A stretch of DNA of 27,792 nt. It comes from Bdellovibrionia bacterium. GTDB lineage: Bacteria > Bdellovibrionota > UBA1018. Positions 1 to 11,182 of this stretch are shown here, piece after piece. Position numbers and translations under genes: made by a program. How positions within the stretch are numbered: the stretch's first letter is position 1; each line of letters opens with the position of its first letter. The notes beneath the pieces are model-generated. The model saw only the letters and a list, made by a program, of their open reading frames with translations, was not told the origin of the DNA and ran no database searches. Location of the stretch: the NCBI GenBank assembly GCA_045805065.1, contig JBJMMA010000083.1:1-27792 (forward strand), written 5' to 3'.

Positions 1-163
1 CATGAAGCTCAAGCGTAAGGCGTCTGAGCGAATGGTTGCCAGGGAAGTGGTCAAGATGGGTGTGATCGGAATTCAGGAAGGTCTCAATCCGAGCTTTTTG
101 CAGGAAAAACTTGAAGTTTTTGCCCATCAAAGTACTCGGGGTACTCGGGGCAGCCGAAAGTGA
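1..163 (+). CDS. motA: Flagellar stator protein MotA, C-terminal part (truncated by window edge)
   Basis: Not in the ORF track. Frame from nt 2 reads MKLKRKASERMVAREVVKMGVIGIQEGLNPSFLQEKLEVF...*, with the MotA/PomA C-terminal G-x-x-x-IQ-x-G-x-NP motif. TGA at 161-163 overlaps the motB GTG (GTGA). Confidence 0.9.
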   Translation, partial: MKLKRKASERMVAREVVKMGVIGIQEGLNPSFLQEKLEVFAHQSTRGTRGSRK

Positions 164-897
164 AAAAAAGGAAAAGCGCAGAGCACTCCAGCAGTGAGCG
201 GTGGCTGGTCTCGTACGCGGATCTGGTCACTCTTCTTTTTGCGCTCTTTGTAATTCTTTATGCGGAGTCCAAGGCTGACATGGATAAGCTCAAGAAAGTC
301 CAGGAGGGGATGCGCGAGGCCTTTGATGGGACTGTCTCCACGCAGGTTCCTTCGCAAGGTTCTTCGCAAGCTCCGTCTCAAGCGCCTTCTCAAGGCAATG
401 ATACGGCTAGCCCGACCGGACAAAGCACCCCAGATCCTTTTGCGCAGATGAAAGGTGCCATTCAGGAAACCTTGAAATCAGAGTCAGGTGTCACAGATGT
501 GAGCGATAAAGTGGAGCTCAGTGAGGACGACCGCGGCCTGGTCGTCAGGCTTGCCGCACGCGATTTTTTTGATGATGGCGTCGTTGAGGCTCGTGCCGAT
601 CTTCGCCCGCTTCTGGATCGTATCGCAAAAGTGCTCGCGCCTATTTCTCATTCGATCCGAGTGGAAGGCTTTACGGATATCGAAGAAGAAAATCAGACGG
701 GGGGCTGGGAACTCTCGTCAGCTCGTGCCGCCTGGGTTGTGAAATACTGGGTCAAGCGCTGGGGCTTTGATCCCGCAAGGCTCAGTGCCAGCGGATACTC
801 CCACTTTCACCCTTTGACGCAGAGAAAAGATGATTACAGCCGCGGAAAGAATCGCCGCGTTGAAATCATTATTCTCAGAACGCCCAAGGCTACTTAA
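160..897 (+). CDS. motB: Flagellar stator protein MotB (OmpA-like peptidoglycan-binding C-terminal domain)
   Basis: WLVSYADLVTLLFALFVILYA transmembrane motif with the conserved Asp; WELSSARA and NRRVEI in the OmpA-like domain; directly follows motA. Confidence 0.95.
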   Translation: MKKRKSAEHSSSERWLVSYADLVTLLFALFVILYAESKADMDKLKKVQEGMREAFDGTVSTQVPSQGSSQAPSQAPSQGNDTASPTGQSTPDPFAQMKGAIQETLKSESGVTDVSDKVELSEDDRGLVVRLAARDFFDDGVVEARADLRPLLDRIAKVLAPISHSIRVEGFTDIEEENQTGGWELSSARAAWVVKYWVKRWGFDPARLSASGYSHFHPLTQRKDDYSRGKNRRVEIIILRTPKAT

Positions 898-909
898 GGC
901 GCTTGAACC

Positions 910-2208
910 TCAGTGTTCCGTGTAGTTGAGTTCCTTGCCGTAGGTCTCTTGGAGTTTCCAAAGAGCGATAAAGGCAAAGCAGAAGGCCACACCACCGACG
1001 ATCATGGCGCATTCCACAATCGGAAGCTTGCGAGCCATCAAAGCCGTGAAGGAAAGGTTACCCAACACGAGTGAGCCGCGCACGAAGTTTGGCACAGTCG
1101 TGGTGACGGTTGCACGCAAGTTGGTTCCAAATTGCTCGGACGCAATCGTCACAAGCACCGCCCAGTAGCCTGCGCAAATTCCCATGGCCAGGCAAAGTCC
1201 GTAGAAAACCGACACGCTCATGCCGGGAATCGTCAGGTAAGCGCAAACAAAGGCAAAGGCGCCCAGCAAAAACACTCCGACCGCTTTTTTACGACTCTTC
1301 AAGTACTGGCTGAACAAGCCGCTCGCCAAGTCACCCAAAGCAAGTCCGATTGCAACGAAGAGAACTGCGCGCGCAACCGTGACAGGTTGAGTAACTCCGA
1401 TGGCTTTGGCAAACTCAGGCGAGTAAGAAATCAGAACGCCCGTTACAAAGTAAATCGGCACCCCAATCAGGATGCAGCTCAAGTAACGAGGAAAACGCTC
1501 TTTGCTAAAGAGCATCATGACATCGCCTTTGCGAATTCCTGCATGATGCATTTTTTCAAACATTCCGGATTCGAAGATCTTAAAGCGAGTCACAAGCAGA
1601 AAGAGTCCCATGACGCCGCCAACGATGTAGGCGGTCTGCCACTGAAAGGTGTCGCCTACGATGCCTGCTGCTGCAGAGCCGCAAAGTCCCAGTGTGGCAA
1701 CGATCGTGGTTCCGTAACCGCGGACTTCCTTAGGCATGACTTCAGCGACCAGAGTAATCGCAGCTCCCAGCTCACCGGCAAGTCCCAGGCCCGCTAAAAA
1801 GCGAAGAGCCGCATAGGACGTCAGATCACCGACAAAGGCATTGGCAATATTTGCGAGCGAATAAAGGAGAATGGATCCAAAAAGAACCGAAAGTCGACCG
1901 CGACGATCACCCAGAATTCCCCAAAGAACACCACCGACCATCATGCCAGTCATCTGCCAGTTGGCGAGATAAGCACCTTGAATCAAGAGCTGCGCAGGAT
2001 CCGTGACGCCAATCGCTTTCAGCGAAGGCATGCGCACGATTCCAAAAAGCGACAAGTCGTACATATCGACGAAGTAGCCTAGTGCAGCCACCCAGACTGT
2101 CGTGTTGAAAATCCAGCTTTTTGTGGATGGCGTACTCGCCGTAACTGACTGAGTCGCGGCGTGGGTTTGCTTGATTTGGGTTTCGGTGCCTGGAACCGTA
2201 GTGTTCAT
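910..2208 (-). CDS. MFS transporter (substrate unknown; sugar or organic acid type)
   Basis: About 12 hydrophobic segments; MFS motif A (GILGDRRGRL); RFLAGLGLAGELG; E..P...RG. Confidence 0.9.
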   Translation of the reverse strand: MNTTVPGTETQIKQTHAATQSVTASTPSTKSWIFNTTVWVAALGYFVDMYDLSLFGIVRMPSLKAIGVTDPAQLLIQGAYLANWQMTGMMVGGVLWGILGDRRGRLSVLFGSILLYSLANIANAFVGDLTSYAALRFLAGLGLAGELGAAITLVAEVMPKEVRGYGTTIVATLGLCGSAAAGIVGDTFQWQTAYIVGGVMGLFLLVTRFKIFESGMFEKMHHAGIRKGDVMMLFSKERFPRYLSCILIGVPIYFVTGVLISYSPEFAKAIGVTQPVTVARAVLFVAIGLALGDLASGLFSQYLKSRKKAVGVFLLGAFAFVCAYLTIPGMSVSVFYGLCLAMGICAGYWAVLVTIASEQFGTNLRATVTTTVPNFVRGSLVLGNLSFTALMARKLPIVECAMIVGGVAFCFAFIALWKLQETYGKELNYTEH

Positions 2209-2354
2209 TGGGCGGAACCTATCTTGAGCAGGTCAGCTGGTCAAGGTGATCCGCGTGCAGCAGAAGCTGGTGAGCTTTTTGCTGCAGAACTCATGATTAA
2301 TTGGGCGGAATGGCGTTACTGCTTTGCGTTAACTTCCATATGGGACTCAATCAC

Positions 2355-2870
2355 ATGTCAAAACCCAGTCTCGTTGTCATTGGCTCCGATCACGCTGGTT
2401 TTCAGCTCAAACAGGACCTGATCCCGGTCATTCGTTCGGCTGGAATCAAGGTTCTGGACGTGGGCACCAAGAGCACCCGACCCGTCGATTATCCCGATTA
2501 CGCAGAGGCCGTATCGCTCGGTCTTATCGAGCAGATTGCGCGAGGCCATGCTGATGCAAAAGGCATTTTGATCTGTGGCAGCGGGGTTGGGGCGTCGATT
2601 GCCGCCAATAAAATCCCAGGGATTCGCGCCGGTCTTTGTCACGACACGTATTCGGCGCATCAAGGCGTTGAGCACGATGAAATGAATGTTTTGGTGCTTG
2701 GAGCGCGCGTCATTGGAACTGAACTGGCTCATGATCTTTGTTCAGTTTTCTTGAGCGCGGAATTTGATGGCATCGCTCGTCATGCCAGGCGCGTCAGAAA
2801 AATCACTGAGCTCGAATCCAAATATTTCTCACTCTCATTTAATACAAACATCTCGCGGAGGGCGTCATAA
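2355..2870 (+). CDS. rpiB: Ribose-5-phosphate isomerase B
   Basis: GSDHAG, DYPD, CGSGVG and ANKIPGIRA motifs. ATG at 2355 (MSKPSLVV) preferred over the TTG at 2301 because the conserved domain begins there. Confidence 0.93.
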   Translation: MSKPSLVVIGSDHAGFQLKQDLIPVIRSAGIKVLDVGTKSTRPVDYPDYAEAVSLGLIEQIARGHADAKGILICGSGVGASIAANKIPGIRAGLCHDTYSAHQGVEHDEMNVLVLGARVIGTELAHDLCSVFLSAEFDGIARHARRVRKITELESKYFSLSFNTNISRRAS

Positions 2871-5819
2871 ATGGCTGAATCAAAGGAAAACAATTTAAAG
2901 CTTCTTGCTAACGCAGGTCAGTCGGTTTGGCTGGACTCGCTGAGGCGCTCACTCATCAAGAATGGGGAACTCAAGCGCCTCATTGATGATGATGGCTTGC
3001 GAGGCATGACTTCCAATCCCACGATTTTTGAGAAAGCGATCGGAGGAAGTGCCGAATACGATGCCCAGGCGCAGGAGCTTTTGAATGAGCGCGACTGGGA
3101 CATCAAGGAGCTCTACGAGGCTCTGGCGGTGCAAGATATTCAGGATGCTGCGGATTTGTTCCGGCCGGTCTATGACCGAACGAACGGAATTGATGGCTAC
3201 GTCTCGCTTGAGGTTTCCCCTTATCTGGCTCTCGATGCGGAAGGGACGGTCAACGAAGCAAGAAAGCTTTGGCACGCCGTAAATCGCCACAATGTCATGA
3301 TCAAGGTCCCTGCCACAAAAGAATGTGTGCCTGCGATCCGCGATCTCGTGGCTGAGGGAATCAATATCAACGTGACTCTCCTTTTTGCGCAAGAGCGGTA
3401 CGAGGAAGTCGCCGATGCTTATCTTTCAGGGCTTGAGCTCTACTTGGAGGCTGCAGCCGAGGGGGCTCCTCCAAAAAATCGCGATCTCAGCAGGATTGCA
3501 AGCGTTGCAAGCTTCTTCGTGAGTCGCATCGATACACTGGCCGATACTCTGATTGAAGATCAGAGCCGCATTGTGACTACCGACAAAGAGCGCGAGCTCC
3601 TGAGAAGCATCAAAGGAAAGATTGCGATCGCCAACGCAAAACTTGCCTATGAGCGCTATCAGAAGATCTATAGCAGCGATCGCTGGCATCGCCTCGCTGC
3701 TCGCGGAGCAAGACCTCAGCGTCTTCTCTGGGCAAGCACGGGCGTGAAAAACCCAAATTACCGCGATACGCTTTACGTTGATGAGCTGATTGGCCCGGAA
3801 ACCGTGACAACGCTTCCTCCTGCAACCTTCGCGGCATTTCGTGATCACGGTCAGGTCAAAACAACCCTGACTGAAAACATGGATCAGGCTCGCGAATGTC
3901 TGCGAATCCTGGAAGAGCGGAAAATCTCGCTTCATGAAATTACTGAAATGCTCACTACCCAGGCGATCGAGCTCTTCTCAGACCCGTTCGACAAGCTTTT
4001 GGGAACTCTGGAGAAGAAGCGACGAAACCTTCTTGGTCAGCGGATGAACTCCTTTGCTTATGAGCTTCCATCCGAGATGAATCTTCTGGTCGGGAAGCAC
4101 ATCAAGGATTGGGCAGACACCGGAAAAGTGAGAAAAGTCTGGAACAAGGATTCAAAAGTCTGGACCGGTAAAGATGAATCCAGCTGGCTTGGGTGGTTGA
4201 ATGTCACGCGTAAAAGCCTGAGTCAGTGTGATGAGATCACTCGCTTTGCCGAGGAAGTGAGAAATGATGGCTTTGAGCATATCTTGCTTTTAGGGATGGG
4301 GGGCTCAAGTCTTGCGCCACTTCTTTTCTCGACGACCTTTCCAAAGGCACAGGGCTGGCCTGAGCTTTCCGTACTCGATAGCACGCACCCGGATCAGATC
4401 AAGGCGACGGAGGATGCACTCGATCTGACAAAGACCTTGGTGGTTGTATCCAGCAAGTCTGGAAGCACGATCGAGCCAAATATTTTATACGATTATTTCC
4501 ACGCTCAGGTTGAAGCTAAAGTCGGACAAACCTCGGGCCGACACTTTGTAGCGATCACCGATCCAGGCTCAGCCCTTGAAAAACTCGCTAAAGAGCGAGG
4601 ATTCAGAAAAGTGTTTCATGGAGAGACTGACATCGGAGGAAGATACTCAGCGCTTTCCGTGTTTGGGATCGTCCCGGCGGCGCTCTCCGGTCTGGATGTG
4701 AAAACGCTTCTGGAGCGCGCGGAGCTGATGGTGAATTCCTGCTCACGCTTTGCCCCTCCAAAAGAAAATCCTGGCGTTCATCTGGGCATCGCCTTGGGCG
4801 TTCTCGCAAAGCATGGACGCAACAAAATCACTTTTATTGCGCCACCCGAACTCACGTCGCTTGAACTCTGGCTTGAGCAATTGATCGCTGAGTCCACAGG
4901 CAAGCAAGGAAAGGGAATTATCCCGGTATCGCGCGAGCCGCTCGACTCGGTTGAGGGCTATGGTTCTGATCGTGTCTTTGTTTATCTGAAGAACGATGCT
5001 GTGCCAAATGATTCGCACAAGAGTTGGGATCAGGAGATCGAAGATCGGCTGGTTCGGCTTCAGGAATCAGGACAGCCTGTTTTTCGAGTAATGATTCGTG
5101 ATCTTGCGAACATCGGGCAGGAGTTCTTTCGCTGGGAGATGGCAACTGCTGTCATTGGAGAAGTTCTGGACGAGAACCCGTTTGATCAACCCGATGTCGA
5201 GTCTGCAAAGGTGGAAACCCGCGCTCTGATGACGGAGTTTGAGAAAACCGGAAAGCTTCCAGCGAGCTCGGCGGTTTATCAAATGAACGAGCAGGAAGGT
5301 GAGCTTCCGAATCAGCTTCGCTCTCTGTTTGAAAACCTCCATGTCAGTGACTTCTTTGGAATCCTGGCTTACCTGCCGACGACTCCTGAAGCCGAGCAGG
5401 AGCTTGAGAAAGTCAGGCTTCTGGTTAGAAATCATATGCGAGTGGCCACAAGCCTTCAATTCGGCCCACGTTACCTGCACTCCACGGGTCAGGCTTTCAA
5501 AGGTGGACCTAATCAGGGTGTTTTCCTTGTGCTGACCAATCAAAGTCAGGAAAGACTTCCGATCCCAGGACGCAAATACGATTTTGAATCCGTCGTTCAG
5601 GCACAAGCGCTGGGCGATATCAAAGTCCTGCTTGAACGGGATCGCAGAGTAATTCACGTGGATCTGGGACGCGACTGGATGAAATCGATCCAGTCACTTC
5701 ATTCCGTTGTTCGCCATGCGCTTCAGGGAGTGAAGCCACTCAATAACCAGGTCAATACAGAAGGCCTGAATCGCGAATTCAAAATGAATCAGGATCGAAA
5801 AGTCGAGGGAACGGCATGA
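2871..5819 (+). CDS. tal-pgi: Bifunctional transaldolase / glucose-6-phosphate isomerase fusion
   Basis: N-half transaldolase motifs ([43 protein letters not shown]); C-half PGI/SIS motifs ([38 protein letters not shown]). Confidence 0.95.
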   Translation: MAESKENNLKLLANAGQSVWLDSLRRSLIKNGELKRLIDDDGLRGMTSNPTIFEKAIGGSAEYDAQAQELLNERDWDIKELYEALAVQDIQDAADLFRPVYDRTNGIDGYVSLEVSPYLALDAEGTVNEARKLWHAVNRHNVMIKVPATKECVPAIRDLVAEGININVTLLFAQERYEEVADAYLSGLELYLEAAAEGAPPKNRDLSRIASVASFFVSRIDTLADTLIEDQSRIVTTDKERELLRSIKGKIAIANAKLAYERYQKIYSSDRWHRLAARGARPQRLLWASTGVKNPNYRDTLYVDELIGPETVTTLPPATFAAFRDHGQVKTTLTENMDQARECLRILEERKISLHEITEMLTTQAIELFSDPFDKLLGTLEKKRRNLLGQRMNSFAYELPSEMNLLVGKHIKDWADTGKVRKVWNKDSKVWTGKDESSWLGWLNVTRKSLSQCDEITRFAEEVRNDGFEHILLLGMGGSSLAPLLFSTTFPKAQGWPELSVLDSTHPDQIKATEDALDLTKTLVVVSSKSGSTIEPNILYDYFHAQVEAKVGQTSGRHFVAITDPGSALEKLAKERGFRKVFHGETDIGGRYSALSVFGIVPAALSGLDVKTLLERAELMVNSCSRFAPPKENPGVHLGIALGVLAKHGRNKITFIAPPELTSLELWLEQLIAESTGKQGKGIIPVSREPLDSVEGYGSDRVFVYLKNDAVPNDSHKSWDQEIEDRLVRLQESGQPVFRVMIRDLANIGQEFFRWEMATAVIGEVLDENPFDQPDVESAKVETRALMTEFEKTGKLPASSAVYQMNEQEGELPNQLRSLFENLHVSDFFGILAYLPTTPEAEQELEKVRLLVRNHMRVATSLQFGPRYLHSTGQAFKGGPNQGVFLVLTNQSQERLPIPGRKYDFESVVQAQALGDIKVLLERDRRVIHVDLGRDWMKSIQSLHSVVRHALQGVKPLNNQVNTEGLNREFKMNQDRKVEGTA

Positions 5820-6772
5820 ATATAGGCATGATCGGACTAGGGAGAATGGGCGGAAACATGGTGCGAAGGCTTCTGAAAGGAGGCCATCGCTGCGTGGTGT
5901 ACGATCGGGATGAGTCGCATGCGCAGGCCCTGGCCAAGGAGGGCGCCGTTCCGACGAAGAGTCTCGATGAGCTAGTTGCCTCCTTGTCAGACGGCAGCTC
6001 AAGTCCTCGTGCGGTCTGGATGATGCTTCCTGCAGGGGAAGTGACTGAACGAATGGTTCGGGAGCTTCTTCCAAGGCTTCAGGCTGCCGACATTATTATT
6101 GATGGCGGAAACTCTCATTTCAAGGACGACGTGAGACGCTCAAGAATGGCCCGTGAGAAATGGGTTGAATACATGGACGTGGGAACCAGCGGCGGCGTCT
6201 GGGGGCTTGAGCGAGGATACTGTCTGATGATCGGTGGCTCACAGCGTGCGTTCTCTCACCTGGAGCCTGTTTTTAAAACGCTTGCCCCTGAGGCGCGCGA
6301 AGATAAAGTCGCGGGATATCTTCATTGCGGCAATGTGGGTTCAGGGCATTTCGTCAAGATGATCCATAACGGAATTGAGTACGGCATGATGCAGGCTTTT
6401 GCCGAAGGCTTTGACATCATGAAGAACGCCGACTCCCAGGCATTGCCTGAGGATCATCGATTTGATCTCAATCTCGGGGCAATCGCTGAGGTCTGGCGCC
6501 AGGGAAGTGTTGTCTCCTCCTGGTTGCTCGATCTGATCGCGATTTCGCTCAAGGAGGATCCACAGCTCGCGTCCTACACAGGTTTTGTAGAAGACTCGGG
6601 CGAAGGTCGCTGGACGATTGAGGCTGCGATCGAGGAATCGGTTCCCGCTGATGTTCTGGCGGCCTCGCTTTTCACCCGTTTCAGATCCCGGCGCGACCAC
6701 ACCTTTGCGGAAAAAATGCTCTCCGCGATGAGAAAGCAGTTTGGCGGACATATCGAGAGGAAAGCTTCATGA
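5816..6772 (+). CDS. gnd: 6-phosphogluconate dehydrogenase, decarboxylating (short type)
   Basis: [52 protein letters not shown] overlap with tal-pgi. Confidence 0.95.
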   Translation: MNIGMIGLGRMGGNMVRRLLKGGHRCVVYDRDESHAQALAKEGAVPTKSLDELVASLSDGSSSPRAVWMMLPAGEVTERMVRELLPRLQAADIIIDGGNSHFKDDVRRSRMAREKWVEYMDVGTSGGVWGLERGYCLMIGGSQRAFSHLEPVFKTLAPEAREDKVAGYLHCGNVGSGHFVKMIHNGIEYGMMQAFAEGFDIMKNADSQALPEDHRFDLNLGAIAEVWRQGSVVSSWLLDLIAISLKEDPQLASYTGFVEDSGEGRWTIEAAIEESVPADVLAASLFTRFRSRRDHTFAEKMLSAMRKQFGGHIERKAS

Positions 6773-8328
6773 TTGCTGCGGCCGCACCACCTTGCGTCAT
6801 GGTCATTTTCGGGGCATCCGGGGATTTGACACAGCGAAAGCTGATCCCGGCTCTCTATCATCTGGAGCGGGATGGTCTTTTGTCCGAATCTTTCGCGGTG
6901 ATTGGAATGTCGCGAGAGCCATTGACTCATGAGGCTTTCAGAAATCGCCTGAGTGATCGTATTCAAGGATTCCTCGGCTCTGAAAAGCTCAATCCCGAAG
7001 TCTGGGCGCGCCTGGTGAAAAAGCTTTATTATCATCCAGGCTCTGGCCAGGATGCCGTAGCCTTTCAGGGGCTGAAGTCTCTTTTTGAGCAAGTGAGCGA
7101 AGATCATAAAACCGGTGGAAACGGCGTTTTTTATCTGGCAACTCCTCCCGCGCTCTTTGGTCCCATTGTTCAGCAGCTCGGACACTGCGGACTGGTTCAG
7201 GAGAAAGAAGGTGAGAGCTTTAGGCGGGTCGTGATTGAAAAACCTTTTGGTCATGATCTTGAGTCGGCCGAGGCTCTGAACGCATCCATTACGCAGGTCC
7301 TGAAAGAGTCGCAGATCTATCGGATCGATCATTATCTGGGCAAAGAGACGGTTCAGAACATCATGGTGTTTCGTTTTTCGAACGGGATCTTTGAGCCGAT
7401 CTGGAATCGTGGATACATCGATTCTGTTCAAATTACGGTGGCTGAAACGCTGGGTGTTGAAGGTCGCGGCGCCTATTACGAGAGTTCGGGTGCCATGAGA
7501 GATATGGTGCCGAATCATCTCTTTCAGCTGCTTTCGATGATCGCGATGGAGCCGCCCAATTCCTTCAGCCCCGAAGACGTACGCGACGAGAAATACAAAG
7601 TCGTCAAAGCCATCAGTGCGATCACGCCTGAGCAGGTTCTTCGCGACACCGTCCGAGGTCAATATGGCGATGGGGTGATTCAAGGAAAGCGTGTTCCAGG
7701 ATACCGAATGGAAAAGGGCGTAAGCCCAACGTCCGCTACCGATACGTTTGCTGCCATGAAGTTCACGATCGATAACTGGCGATGGGCGGGAGTTCCGTTC
7801 TATCTCAGGACCGGAAAACGCCTGGCTTCAAGAATCACGGAAGTCTGCATTCAGTTTCGGGATGTTCCGTTTCAGCTTTTCAGGGAAACCGGGGTTCCGC
7901 GACTCTCACCCAATCGACTGATCATCCAGATTCAGCCTGAGGAGAAGATTTCAATTCAGTTTGAAGCAAAAGTTCCAGGCCCGACGGTCGACATTCGCGA
8001 AGTTCATATGGACTTTGATTATCGAAATCATTTCGGTGAGATCCCGAGCACAGGATACGAGACGCTGATTTATGATTGCTTGAATGGGGATGCAACGCTC
8101 TTTCAACGAGGTGATCATGTGGAATGCGCCTGGGCTGTGATTCAGCCGATCCTCGACGTTTGGGCCGCACTCAGGCCAAGGGAATTTCCGAACTATGTAG
8201 CAGGCAGCTGGGGCCCGAGAGAGGCCGATCTGCTTTTGGCGCGTGATGGAAGGCAATGGCGCTTCAGTCGCGTGCAGCCTCAAGCGGTTCCTGCTTGGGG
8301 TGCTGAGTCAGAAAAAAAGATAGGCTAG
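6769..8328 (+). CDS. zwf: Glucose-6-phosphate 1-dehydrogenase
   Basis: [39 protein letters not shown] overlap with gnd. Confidence 0.97.
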   Translation: MIAAAAPPCVMVIFGASGDLTQRKLIPALYHLERDGLLSESFAVIGMSREPLTHEAFRNRLSDRIQGFLGSEKLNPEVWARLVKKLYYHPGSGQDAVAFQGLKSLFEQVSEDHKTGGNGVFYLATPPALFGPIVQQLGHCGLVQEKEGESFRRVVIEKPFGHDLESAEALNASITQVLKESQIYRIDHYLGKETVQNIMVFRFSNGIFEPIWNRGYIDSVQITVAETLGVEGRGAYYESSGAMRDMVPNHLFQLLSMIAMEPPNSFSPEDVRDEKYKVVKAISAITPEQVLRDTVRGQYGDGVIQGKRVPGYRMEKGVSPTSATDTFAAMKFTIDNWRWAGVPFYLRTGKRLASRITEVCIQFRDVPFQLFRETGVPRLSPNRLIIQIQPEEKISIQFEAKVPGPTVDIREVHMDFDYRNHFGEIPSTGYETLIYDCLNGDATLFQRGDHVECAWAVIQPILDVWAALRPREFPNYVAGSWGPREADLLLARDGRQWRFSRVQPQAVPAWGAESEKKIG

Positions 8329-8340
8329 GAGATCAGAGCA

Positions 8341-9105
8341 ATGGCTGGATTGATTGCGACAAGGCTTCGAGAAGAAGAGAGTCCTGAGATGGATATCCGT
8401 GTTTTTCCAAGCGAGGCAGAGCTTGCGATCCAGAGCGCAGCCTTCTTCAAGGAAAAGGTGAAGCAGGCGATTGATGAGCGGGGCCGCTTCTCTGTGCTGT
8501 TGTCGGGAGGTCATTCGCCCATCGCGTTCTTCCGCCGATTGCCTGAGATCTCACTCCCCTGGGATAAGATGGATCTTTTCTGGGGAGATGAGCGAATGGT
8601 TCCAGCGGATTCTCCCGAAAGTAATTTTCTAAACTTCAAGAAAAATTGCCTGGATCAAGTTCAGGTGCCAGAGAAAAACATTCATCGGGTGAAAACCGAG
8701 CTCGGTGATCCCAAGCGGGTTGCCGCAGACTACGAGCAGGAAATGAAGAAGCTGTTTCCCGAGATGAAATGGCCTCGTTTTGACTTTGCTCTGCAGGGTC
8801 TCGGACCAGACGGGCATACGGCATCACTTTTTCCGGGCTCACAAACCGAGCATGATTCAACTGATTGGGTGATTGCCCCTTACGTGGAAAAGCTCGGAGC
8901 GTTCCGGATTTCAGTAAGTCTGGGAGTTCTCAACTCCGCTCGAACTGTTCTTTTCCTGGTCACGGGATCTGAGAAAGCGGAGATGACTCGTCAGGTGCTC
9001 AGAGAGCCCAGGGATCATCGGGGATTACTCCCTTCACAGCGCGTGCATCCAACCGATGGTCAGCTTCTCTGGTTTTTGGACTCTCAGGCAGCTTCACGGC
9101 TTTGA
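8341..9105 (+). CDS. pgl: 6-phosphogluconolactonase
   Basis: LSGGHSP, FWGDERMV, SN, GLGPDGHTASLFP, G.EKA. True start could be the ATG at 8389. Confidence 0.93.
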   Translation: MAGLIATRLREEESPEMDIRVFPSEAELAIQSAAFFKEKVKQAIDERGRFSVLLSGGHSPIAFFRRLPEISLPWDKMDLFWGDERMVPADSPESNFLNFKKNCLDQVQVPEKNIHRVKTELGDPKRVAADYEQEMKKLFPEMKWPRFDFALQGLGPDGHTASLFPGSQTEHDSTDWVIAPYVEKLGAFRISVSLGVLNSARTVLFLVTGSEKAEMTRQVLREPRDHRGLLPSQRVHPTDGQLLWFLDSQAASRL

Positions 9106-9137
9106 AATCTAGGCGATCGCCTGCTAGACTTTGAAAC

Positions 9138-9896
9138 ATGAAGCAAAGTCTGGGTTTTGGAAAACTTTTCAGTTTGGGCCTCGCTGCATTGTCTATGTTC
9201 GGCGCCTCGGACGCATGGTCTGCCGGTGGCACGATTTCCAGAAGATCGGTTCCCTCGGAGTCGGAGAGTTTCACAAACCCGATTTTTGCCTATACGCATC
9301 TCCTTCCAAGTCCATTGACTTTGCCAGCAGGGCGTCTTGCTCTGGGAACAGATGTCGCTTTTGGAGTTTTTGACTCTTTCCAGGTAGGCACGGGTTTACT
9401 CAAGGATCTTTATCAGACCTACAATGCCAATTTAAAAATCAACCTGGTCAATCTTCCAGCTTTCTCGCTGGCTGCCTACGGATCAGTGGAGTCTTATAAT
9501 TATCATAACTACGATGCCTCAAACCCGGATCTCAGAGTCTTGTCCTGGCGTCCGGGGCTTGTAGGGGGCTATGAAGTCTTGCCGGATGTTGCAGGCTTCA
9601 TCGGGGCTAATCTTAATATTTCGCGTCAGACACTTGTGACGAGCGGGGCGAGTACCTCGGGCTATGTTCGCGGTGCCGAAGCCGAGTATGATCTTGCCTG
9701 GGCTTATCTTCGTGGAAGACGCGGCATCTATAATGTCTTGTCCGGTGGAGCAAGCTATGACTTCACTTACAAAGTCTATGGATTTGGCATCAGTCATTAT
9801 TGGCGCGGATTTCGAATCGGCGCGCATTACTATCCGAACGCCGATAAGTACAAGCTGCAGCCGATCTTAGCAGGCGGCGCTTCCATAGATCTTTAG
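9138..9896 (+). CDS. Hypothetical secreted protein, probable outer-membrane beta-barrel
   Basis: Signal peptide (ending ASDAWS/A); alternating aromatic/Gly amphipathic strands; C-terminal strand GGASIDL. Confidence 0.6.
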   Translation: MKQSLGFGKLFSLGLAALSMFGASDAWSAGGTISRRSVPSESESFTNPIFAYTHLLPSPLTLPAGRLALGTDVAFGVFDSFQVGTGLLKDLYQTYNANLKINLVNLPAFSLAAYGSVESYNYHNYDASNPDLRVLSWRPGLVGGYEVLPDVAGFIGANLNISRQTLVTSGASTSGYVRGAEAEYDLAWAYLRGRRGIYNVLSGGASYDFTYKVYGFGISHYWRGFRIGAHYYPNADKYKLQPILAGGASIDL

Positions 9897-9908
9897 AGCG
9901 ATTGCTGG

Positions 9909-11132
9909 CTACCTCAGGCTGCTGTAGGCATCAATCAAGCCTTTTCCCTGAAGCTCAGGGCGAAGACCCAGATCAATTCCCTCTAAATGCTCTTTTACGT
10001 CGGGGATGCCTCGGGAAACCAGAAGGGCTGCAACGCCTGCAACATGCGGAGAAGCCTGACTTGTTCCTTGTGCGTAGGCATATTGACTGCCTGGAAAGGT
10101 GGAAAGGATGTCTTCACCCGGAGCGATGAACGAGATTCCTTCGCCACGGTTGCTGAAGTAAGAGAATTTCAGATCCCTGGACAAAGAGCTTACGGCGATG
10201 ACTCCTGAAACGTTGGCTGGAAAGTCGACGGGCCTTTTCTCGTTTCCTGCCGCGGCAACGACGACGATTCCTGCATCAAGCGCATCGCGAATTGCGGATT
10301 TGATGGTCACGGACTCATCCGATGATCCCAGACTCAGGTTAATGACATTTGCATGATGAGCGATGCATGAGCGAATTCCCTCGGAAACGGTGGAGAAGTT
10401 TCCGGAGCCACGCGCATTGAGCGCTTTGACCACGAAAAGCTTTGCCTCAGGAGCAACCCCTACGACGCCGTAGGAATTATCGCGTGCTGCGATCGTTCCA
10501 GCAACGTGGGTTCCATGTCCCTGGTCATCTTCCCAGTTGGGCCAGTCCTGGCCAGAGCCAGAATGCTGAGTTAAAAGGGTACTCTCGCCGCCAATCACGC
10601 TGCCCTCAAGATCCGGATGGTCTTTTTGAATCCCTGTATCAATGATGCAAACAGTTGCGCCTTTGCCGCGCGAAATGGAAAAAGCCTCAGGCGCATGGAT
10701 GGCTCGTATCCCCCACGGCGCTCTCTGCTGATAGCGAAGAGTCGTATCATCCGTGACGATCGCGGGAGTTGCTGCGTCTATCAACATGACGTCGCGATCT
10801 TCTTCAAAAACCTCTTTTGGCTCGGGCGCAGTGCCTAAGAAAGTCGAGCTCATGGTTCTCATTGCGGCGCGGAAGGCGAGGTGGGTCTGGAGTTCCAAAG
10901 CCTGAGCCTGTTGAAGCTCAACGACCCATCCCTTCTGATAGCGCAGGGGCTTGATGATGATTCCACCCACTTGATCCAGCATCTCTTTGAGCGAGCTTTC
11001 GTCCACGCCTGAGAGAATATAGTGATTATTTGATTCATTGGATGCAGTAGCCTGGATGAGAGGCGTGACAAGAAAAGCCAGACTGATGAGCGATCCGACC
11101 CAACCCATTAAATGAAAGCGGCGCATTTTCAT
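9909..11132 (-). CDS. Secreted S8 subtilisin-like serine protease with propeptide
   Basis: Catalytic motifs IIDTG, HGTHVAG, AAAGN, GTSQASPHVAG; N-terminal signal peptide. ATG at 11132 or 11126 after a G-rich RBS. Confidence 0.93.
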   Translation of the reverse strand: MKMRRFHLMGWVGSLISLAFLVTPLIQATASNESNNHYILSGVDESSLKEMLDQVGGIIIKPLRYQKGWVVELQQAQALELQTHLAFRAAMRTMSSTFLGTAPEPKEVFEEDRDVMLIDAATPAIVTDDTTLRYQQRAPWGIRAIHAPEAFSISRGKGATVCIIDTGIQKDHPDLEGSVIGGESTLLTQHSGSGQDWPNWEDDQGHGTHVAGTIAARDNSYGVVGVAPEAKLFVVKALNARGSGNFSTVSEGIRSCIAHHANVINLSLGSSDESVTIKSAIRDALDAGIVVVAAAGNEKRPVDFPANVSGVIAVSSLSRDLKFSYFSNRGEGISFIAPGEDILSTFPGSQYAYAQGTSQASPHVAGVAALLVSRGIPDVKEHLEGIDLGLRPELQGKGLIDAYSSLR

Positions 11133-11158
11133 TTCCCCCAAAAGGCTCGGGTCGGGGA

Positions 11159-11175
11159 TTGCAAAAATTCAGCCG
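11159..11175 (-). promoter_or_regulatory. Candidate sigma54 (-24/-12) promoter for the subtilase
   Basis: Minus strand CGGCTGAATTTTTGCAA has GG-N10-GC spacing with TTGCA, about 30 nt upstream of the start. Confidence 0.4.
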
Positions 11176-11182
11176 CTTGATT

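Noticed and set aside
1132..1797. 221-aa + strand ORF and similar shadow ORFs (e.g. 14247..14903, 14993..15562, 11255..11815)
   Set aside because: Antisense to confidently identified genes, with no recognisable domains.
2311..2327. TGGC...TTGC upstream of rpiB as a sigma54 promoter
   Set aside because: GG-to-GC spacing is 12 nt, not the required 10.
6574..7683. 369-aa antisense ORF
   Set aside because: Lies opposite the well-conserved gnd and zwf genes; no motifs; typical shadow ORF.
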